Positions 56,601-60,158 of a DNA stretch of 60,158 nt are shown here, in pieces. Both the position numbers and the translations under genes were made by a program. Under the pieces are notes generated by a model. It had not been told where the DNA came from. It was given only the letters and a program-made list of their open reading frames with translations, and made no database searches. The stretch is from Gemmatimonadota bacterium (GTDB lineage: Bacteria; Latescibacterota; UBA2968; UBA8231). The number at the start of each line of letters is the position of its first letter. Position 1 is the first letter of the stretch. Where the stretch lies: positions 1 through 60,158 of the forward strand of contig JAYOYH010000026.1 of the NCBI GenBank assembly GCA_038153405.1. Direction: 5' to 3'.

Positions 56601-59304
56601 GACGCTCGCTTTTGACACCATCTACGCCGAGGGGCAGCGGCGCTACGTCGAGTCGCTGTCGGCCTACGCGCGCCAGTTTCTCGAACAGATGCAAAAGCCT
56701 AAAGTCGAGCGCGTTGCCGGTCTTTCCCCGGCTATCGCCATAGAGCAAAAACCCCCGAGCAAAAACCCCCGCTCTACAGTGGGCACTGTGACCGAAGTCT
56801 ACGATTACGTGCGCGCACTCTATGCGACCATCGGCATCCAACACTGTCCGCGCTGCCGCGTGCCCGTCGGCGCCCAAACGGCCCAGCAGATCGTCGATCG
56901 CCTACTCGACGGCGCGGCGGAAAAACGCGCCGTGCTATTGGCACCGATCGAGCCGCGCCACAATGAGGGCTACGAAACGCTGCTCGAACGAGCGCGCAGC
57001 GATGGCTTTGTGCGCGTGCGCATCGACGGAGAAATCCACGAACTGAACGAAGAGATTGCCCTTGAGCGCCGCCTGCGCCATCGCGTTGAGCTCATCGTCG
57101 ATCGCCTCGTCGTGCGCCAGCGCGAGCAAAGCCGCCTGAACGAATCGGTCGAGCGCGCCCTAGAGCTGTCAGGCGGCGAGCTGATCGCGCTCTTTCCAGA
57201 CGACGACGCGGAAACGCGCTATAGCCGACGCTATTCCTGTCCGAAGTGCGGCGATGCGTTCTCACCGCTGCACCCGCAGAGCTTTTCCTTTAACCACCAG
57301 CAGGGCATGTGCTCGATCTGCGAAGGGCTAGGCGAAGGGGAAGGCGTCGACCGCGAGCTGATTATTGCCGACCATGCCCTCAGCGTGCGCGACGGAGCCA
57401 TCGCCCTGTGGGGTTCCATTGAAGACGCCGACTTTGCGCGCCTGTTGGCACTGGCCGGAAAGAAGCTGGGCTTTGATATCGACACCCCCTTTGCCGAACT
57501 GTCTCACGCCGCGCGCCGCGCCCTGCTCTACGGCGCCCCCGGCGAGCGCATAGCCTTGAACGAACGAGGCCATGCCTTTTGCTACCGCGGCGTGCTGCCC
57601 ACCATCGACGAGACAGCGAGGCGTTCGGCGCGCCATAAACGGACGCTAAAACAGGTGCCGTGCTCGGCCTGCGAGGGATCGCGCCTGCGGACCGAGAGCC
57701 GCTTTGTCTACCTGCGCGAACGCGGCATCGCCGAGATTGCCCGCCTGCCCATTGCTGAGAGTCTACCGTTTTTTGCCGAGATGGCGTTAGACGAGCGCGA
57801 AGCAGAAATCGCCGGCGAGCTGCTGCAGGAAATCCGCACGCGCCTCGGCTTTTTGGAGCGCGTTGGCCTAGGCTACATCGCTCTCGACCGCCGCGCCTCG
57901 ACGCTTTCTGGCGGCGAAGCGCAGCGCATTCGCCTCGCCTCGCAGATTGGCTCCGGCCTGACCGGCGTGCTGTACCTGCTGGACGAGCCGACCATCGGCC
58001 TGCACCCTCGCGACAACCGTCGCCTGCTCGACGCACTCGCGGCGCTGCGCGATTTGGGCAATACCCTCGTCGTCGTTGAACACGACCGCGAAACGCTGCA
58101 GCAGGCCGACTATATCGTCGATATTGGGCCTGGAGCCGGTAGCGAGGGAGGTGAGGTGGTGGCCAGTGGCCCACCCGCGCTAGTGCGCGAATCCCCTACT
58201 TCACAGACCGGCGCCTATCTACGCGACGAGCTTCACATCGAAGTGCCCACCCAGCGGCGCAAAGGCAATGGTCAAACGCTAACCGTGCTCGGCGCGCGTC
58301 AAAACAATCTGCGCAACATCGACGTGCGCCTGCCGTTGGGCAAACTCATCGGCATCACCGGCGTCTCTGGATCGGGCAAGTCGTCACTAGTAGAGGAGGT
58401 GCTCTACAACGCGTTGGCCAACCAACTGCACAAGGCGAGCCGGCCGGTTGGCGAATTCGATGGATTTGACGGTCTGGAGTTCATCGACAAAGTGATCAAT
58501 ATCGATCAGACGCCCATTGGCCATTCGCCGCGGTCTACTCCAGCTACCGTCATGGGCGTTTTCGACCTGATTCGCCAGCTCTACACCGAACTTCCCGAAG
58601 CCAAACTGCGCGGTTTCAACGCCGGACGTTTTTCCTTTAACAAACCCGGCGGACGCTGTGAGACGTGCGAGGGCCTCGGCTGGCGCTGCATAGAAATGCA
58701 CTTTCTCCCCGACGTATGGGTCGAATGCGACTCTTGCAAGGGTAAGCGCTACACAGGTGAAGTGCTTGGCGTGCGCTTTAAACGCCATTCCATCGCCGAC
58801 GTGTTGGAGATGCGCGTGCGCGATGCACTGCTGCTCTTTGACGGCGTTCCGCGTATACGCCAGCGCCTACAGATCATGGATGACGTTGGCCTCGGCTATA
58901 TGAATCTTGGTCAGTCCTCGACGACGCTTTCCGGCGGTGAAGCACAGCGGCTAAAGCTGGCGGCTGAGTTGGCACGCCCCGATACCGGCCGCACCCTCTA
59001 CCTACTGGACGAACCCACGACGGGGTTGCACGTGGCCGACGTGGCACGCCTACTCGTCGTCCTCCATCGCCTAGTAGATGCCGGAAATACCATGATCGTC
59101 GTCGAGCACAATACGGACGTTATCAAAACCGTCGACCATATCATTGATCTAGGTCCAGAAGGGGGAGGAGGAGGAGGAGCGATCGTCGCCGAAGGCACGC
59201 CAGAACAAGTCGCCAAGATCCGTACATCGCATACGGGCGCCGTGTTAAAGAACCTCTTTGCGGCAACCAAGAAGCGCTCAACAAAGCCCAAGGCGGCCAG
59301 CTAA
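53605..59304 (+). CDS. uvrA: excinuclease ABC subunit A, tandem-duplicated form (1899 aa)
   Basis: Four GVSGSGKS Walker A motifs (53701, 55519, 56578, 58360), four LSGGEAQR signatures, two sets of zinc fingers; Lys-rich linker near 56420-56490. Confidence 0.95.
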   Translation: METHHIVVRGARVHNLKNVHLELPKNQLICFTGVSGSGKSSMAFDTLYAEGQRRYVTSLSAYARQFLGQMEKPDVDQISGLAPTISIAQKTAGQNPRSTVGTITEIYDYLRILFARVGEPHCVQCGQPIGAQSREQMVTRIHTLPEGTRLHVLAPVVQERKGEYHELFEELQRAGYIRVRVDGQIFHLDEAPDLDRYSRHTIDVVVDRLVLREEQRSRLTEAVDTALRLGEGTFIIARDEEKDQLYSARFDCTNCGISYQEPTPQMFSFNNPQGMCRTCNGLGTQVLMSEHLLIPDPQKSILQGAIEPLGDVTSNRWRLHLYEGAADRLGFDLDTPWKNLDEEQKRGFLYGLGDEKITFTYTNKRKYTWSHDDPYEGVVAMLEERFRGGNERIRRELEQFMGTQTCADCAGGRLRAESLSVLVEERNMPSLTGIAIEEAHDFFAELTFDSVRALIAEEALKEIRGRLQLMCDMGLGYLTLDRGAHTLSGGEAQRIRLASQIGSGLVGVMYVLDEPSIGLHYRDNRRLLDTLKRLRDIGNTVIVVEHDEETMREADLIVDFGPGAGERGGSIVVCGSPADVEEHPDSITGHYLAGRLKIPTPSKRRVGSGQWLEIVGARHHNLQNVDARIPLGCLTSVCGVSGSGKSSLINDILFKALDRQLHRAQIEVGAHSSIRGVEHLDKVIRIDQKPIGRTPRSNPATYTDLFTPIRQLFARLPEARLRGYQQGRFSFNVKGGRCEACEGNGATLVEMEFLADVWVECEVCQGSRFNRETLTVKFREKSIAELLHMEVEEALAFFENVPQIHRVLKTLDDVGLGYLKLGQPAPTLSGGEAQRVKLAKELCRRSTGRTLYILDEPTTGLHFADVDKLLKILHTFADQGNTVVVIEHNMEVIKTADYIVDLGPEGGAEGGKIVAMGTPEQVAAVTQSYTGRFLNELLNAPDKGKKQRAKTEPKKQTSSGWIREIEVSGARQNNLRGIDVKIPRDQMTVISGVSGSGKSTLAFDTIYAEGQRRYVESLSAYARQFLEQMQKPKVERVAGLSPAIAIEQKPPSKNPRSTVGTVTEVYDYVRALYATIGIQHCPRCRVPVGAQTAQQIVDRLLDGAAEKRAVLLAPIEPRHNEGYETLLERARSDGFVRVRIDGEIHELNEEIALERRLRHRVELIVDRLVVRQREQSRLNESVERALELSGGELIALFPDDDAETRYSRRYSCPKCGDAFSPLHPQSFSFNHQQGMCSICEGLGEGEGVDRELIIADHALSVRDGAIALWGSIEDADFARLLALAGKKLGFDIDTPFAELSHAARRALLYGAPGERIALNERGHAFCYRGVLPTIDETARRSARHKRTLKQVPCSACEGSRLRTESRFVYLRERGIAEIARLPIAESLPFFAEMALDEREAEIAGELLQEIRTRLGFLERVGLGYIALDRRASTLSGGEAQRIRLASQIGSGLTGVLYLLDEPTIGLHPRDNRRLLDALAALRDLGNTLVVVEHDRETLQQADYIVDIGPGAGSEGGEVVASGPPALVRESPTSQTGAYLRDELHIEVPTQRRKGNGQTLTVLGARQNNLRNIDVRLPLGKLIGITGVSGSGKSSLVEEVLYNALANQLHKASRPVGEFDGFDGLEFIDKVINIDQTPIGHSPRSTPATVMGVFDLIRQLYTELPEAKLRGFNAGRFSFNKPGGRCETCEGLGWRCIEMHFLPDVWVECDSCKGKRYTGEVLGVRFKRHSIADVLEMRVRDALLLFDGVPRIRQRLQIMDDVGLGYMNLGQSSTTLSGGEAQRLKLAAELARPDTGRTLYLLDEPTTGLHVADVARLLVVLHRLVDAGNTMIVVEHNTDVIKTVDHIIDLGPEGGGGGGAIVAEGTPEQVAKIRTSHTGAVLKNLFAATKKRSTKPKAAS

Positions 59305-59964
59305 ATGACCGATCTCCACCTGCCCCAACGGGCCTTTTTCGACTTTATCTACACCTGCCCCCACGCCGATGAGCCACCCAAAATCGACGGCAACCTGCGC
59401 GAGTGGAACGAGCGTTCCCTGCTGCCCGACCTAATGAGTGTTGAAGGGCTGCATACCTTCGCCAATGTGTATATGAGCTGGGACGATAGCGGGCTCTACT
59501 TTGGCGTCGATGTGAAAAATAAAACCCAGTACAAGCTCGATCCGCGCAAGCCTACGGAAGGCGATTGCCTAGAGCTCTTTATCGATACGCGCGACGTAAA
59601 AGAACACCGCGCCAACCGCTATTGTCACCGCTTCTATTTCCTGCCCGGTGGCATCGGAAAAACCATAAAAAAGCCCATTGGGCGCCAGACGGCCGTAGAG
59701 GAGGCGCGCGAACAGGCACCTCCCTGCCCCGAAGACGCCATTGAAGCGCGCCTGCGCGTGCTTAAGAAGAGTTACCAAATGGAAATTAAAATACCCGCCA
59801 GTGGCCTGAATGGCTTTAGCCCGCGCGAGTTCAACCGCCTTGGCTTTACCTACCTATTACACGACGCGCAGCGCGGAACCCAGTCGTGGTCTTCGCGCGC
59901 CGATATGGGCGTCGATCGCGACCCTTCGACTTGGGGGACGGTCGAACTAATAACCGGCAGTTAA
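59305..59964 (+). CDS. CBM9/DOMON-like domain protein, no signal peptide
   Basis: PKIDGNL.EW, WDDSGLYF, GDCLELFIDT, YQMEIKIP, PSTWG; ATG immediately follows the uvrA TAA. Confidence 0.7.
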   Translation: MTDLHLPQRAFFDFIYTCPHADEPPKIDGNLREWNERSLLPDLMSVEGLHTFANVYMSWDDSGLYFGVDVKNKTQYKLDPRKPTEGDCLELFIDTRDVKEHRANRYCHRFYFLPGGIGKTIKKPIGRQTAVEEAREQAPPCPEDAIEARLRVLKKSYQMEIKIPASGLNGFSPREFNRLGFTYLLHDAQRGTQSWSSRADMGVDRDPSTWGTVELITGS

Positions 59965-60064
59965 GGACTGCGGCAGACCGCGCGCGCACTTTCCCAAGCC
60001 CATATTATCCTTTAGATTAAATCGTTTCGACAATGCGTTCACCCGTCTACTAGACGAGCAGATT

Positions 60065-60158
60065 ATGTCCAATTCCGACGCGCTAAACCGCTGGGTTGGC
60101 GCCGGCGTCTTTTTGCTTGCGCTGGGCGTTTACATCAAGACCATGGCGCCGGCCGTCT
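60065..60158 (+). CDS. probable DUF2723-type membrane protein, 3' truncated
   Basis: LNRWVGAGVFLLALGVYIKTMAPAV resembles the Y..T.AP N-terminus of this family; only 31 codons visible. Confidence 0.5.
   Translation, partial: MSNSDALNRWVGAGVFLLALGVYIKTMAPAV

Noticed and set aside
59161..59180. GGA repeat as a phase-variable tract
   Set aside because: It is a short in-frame triplet run encoding the Gly-rich GPEGG..GG loop conserved in UvrA
53605..59304. Double uvrA as an assembly duplication
   Set aside because: The two halves differ extensively at both DNA and protein level and remain in frame
1..60158. tRNA-Sec, other tRNA/rRNA, CRISPR arrays, IS or prophage genes
   Set aside because: No cloverleaf, spaced direct repeats, or transposase/integrase motifs were seen in intergenic regions or ORFs; this was inspection by eye only

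Overview
A GC-rich, gene-dense bacterial chromosomal window with about 57 CDS. I found no rRNA, tRNA, CRISPR array or mobile element by eye. Most genes are catabolic paralogs: six PhyH-type Fe(II)/2-oxoglutarate dioxygenases, three xylose-isomerase-like TIM barrels, two amidohydrolases, two creatininase-family enzymes, a sulfatase, and enolase-, nitrilase-, C45-, AGE-, Ldh_2-, Gfo/Idh/MocA- and SDR-family enzymes. Housekeeping genes are mixed in: mqnB-mqnD, purM, a U32/RlhA-like gene, selB, a tsaC-like gene, sppA, a THUMP methyltransferase and a tandem-duplicated 1899-aa uvrA. The paralog profile and a secreted protein ending in a FlgD-Ig-like domain suggest a Latescibacterota/Poribacteria-like organism (inference only). 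The strongest signal is that four of the six PhyH paralogs lack the carboxylate of the HxD iron motif (HGG, HCG, HSG, HGS), the signature of radical halogenases. Those same four carry an Asp/Glu four residues before the distal His, which the two canonical paralogs lack. Other points: a 38-aa membrane peptide behind a sigma-54 promoter overlapped by a perfect palindrome; two likely leaderless genes; a TGA-interrupted small ORF in a selB-encoding genome; two creatininase genes each coupled to an RNA-modification gene; and a CBM9-like protein abutting the double uvrA. Start codons were adjusted by hand. Functional calls come from motif recognition, not database searches.
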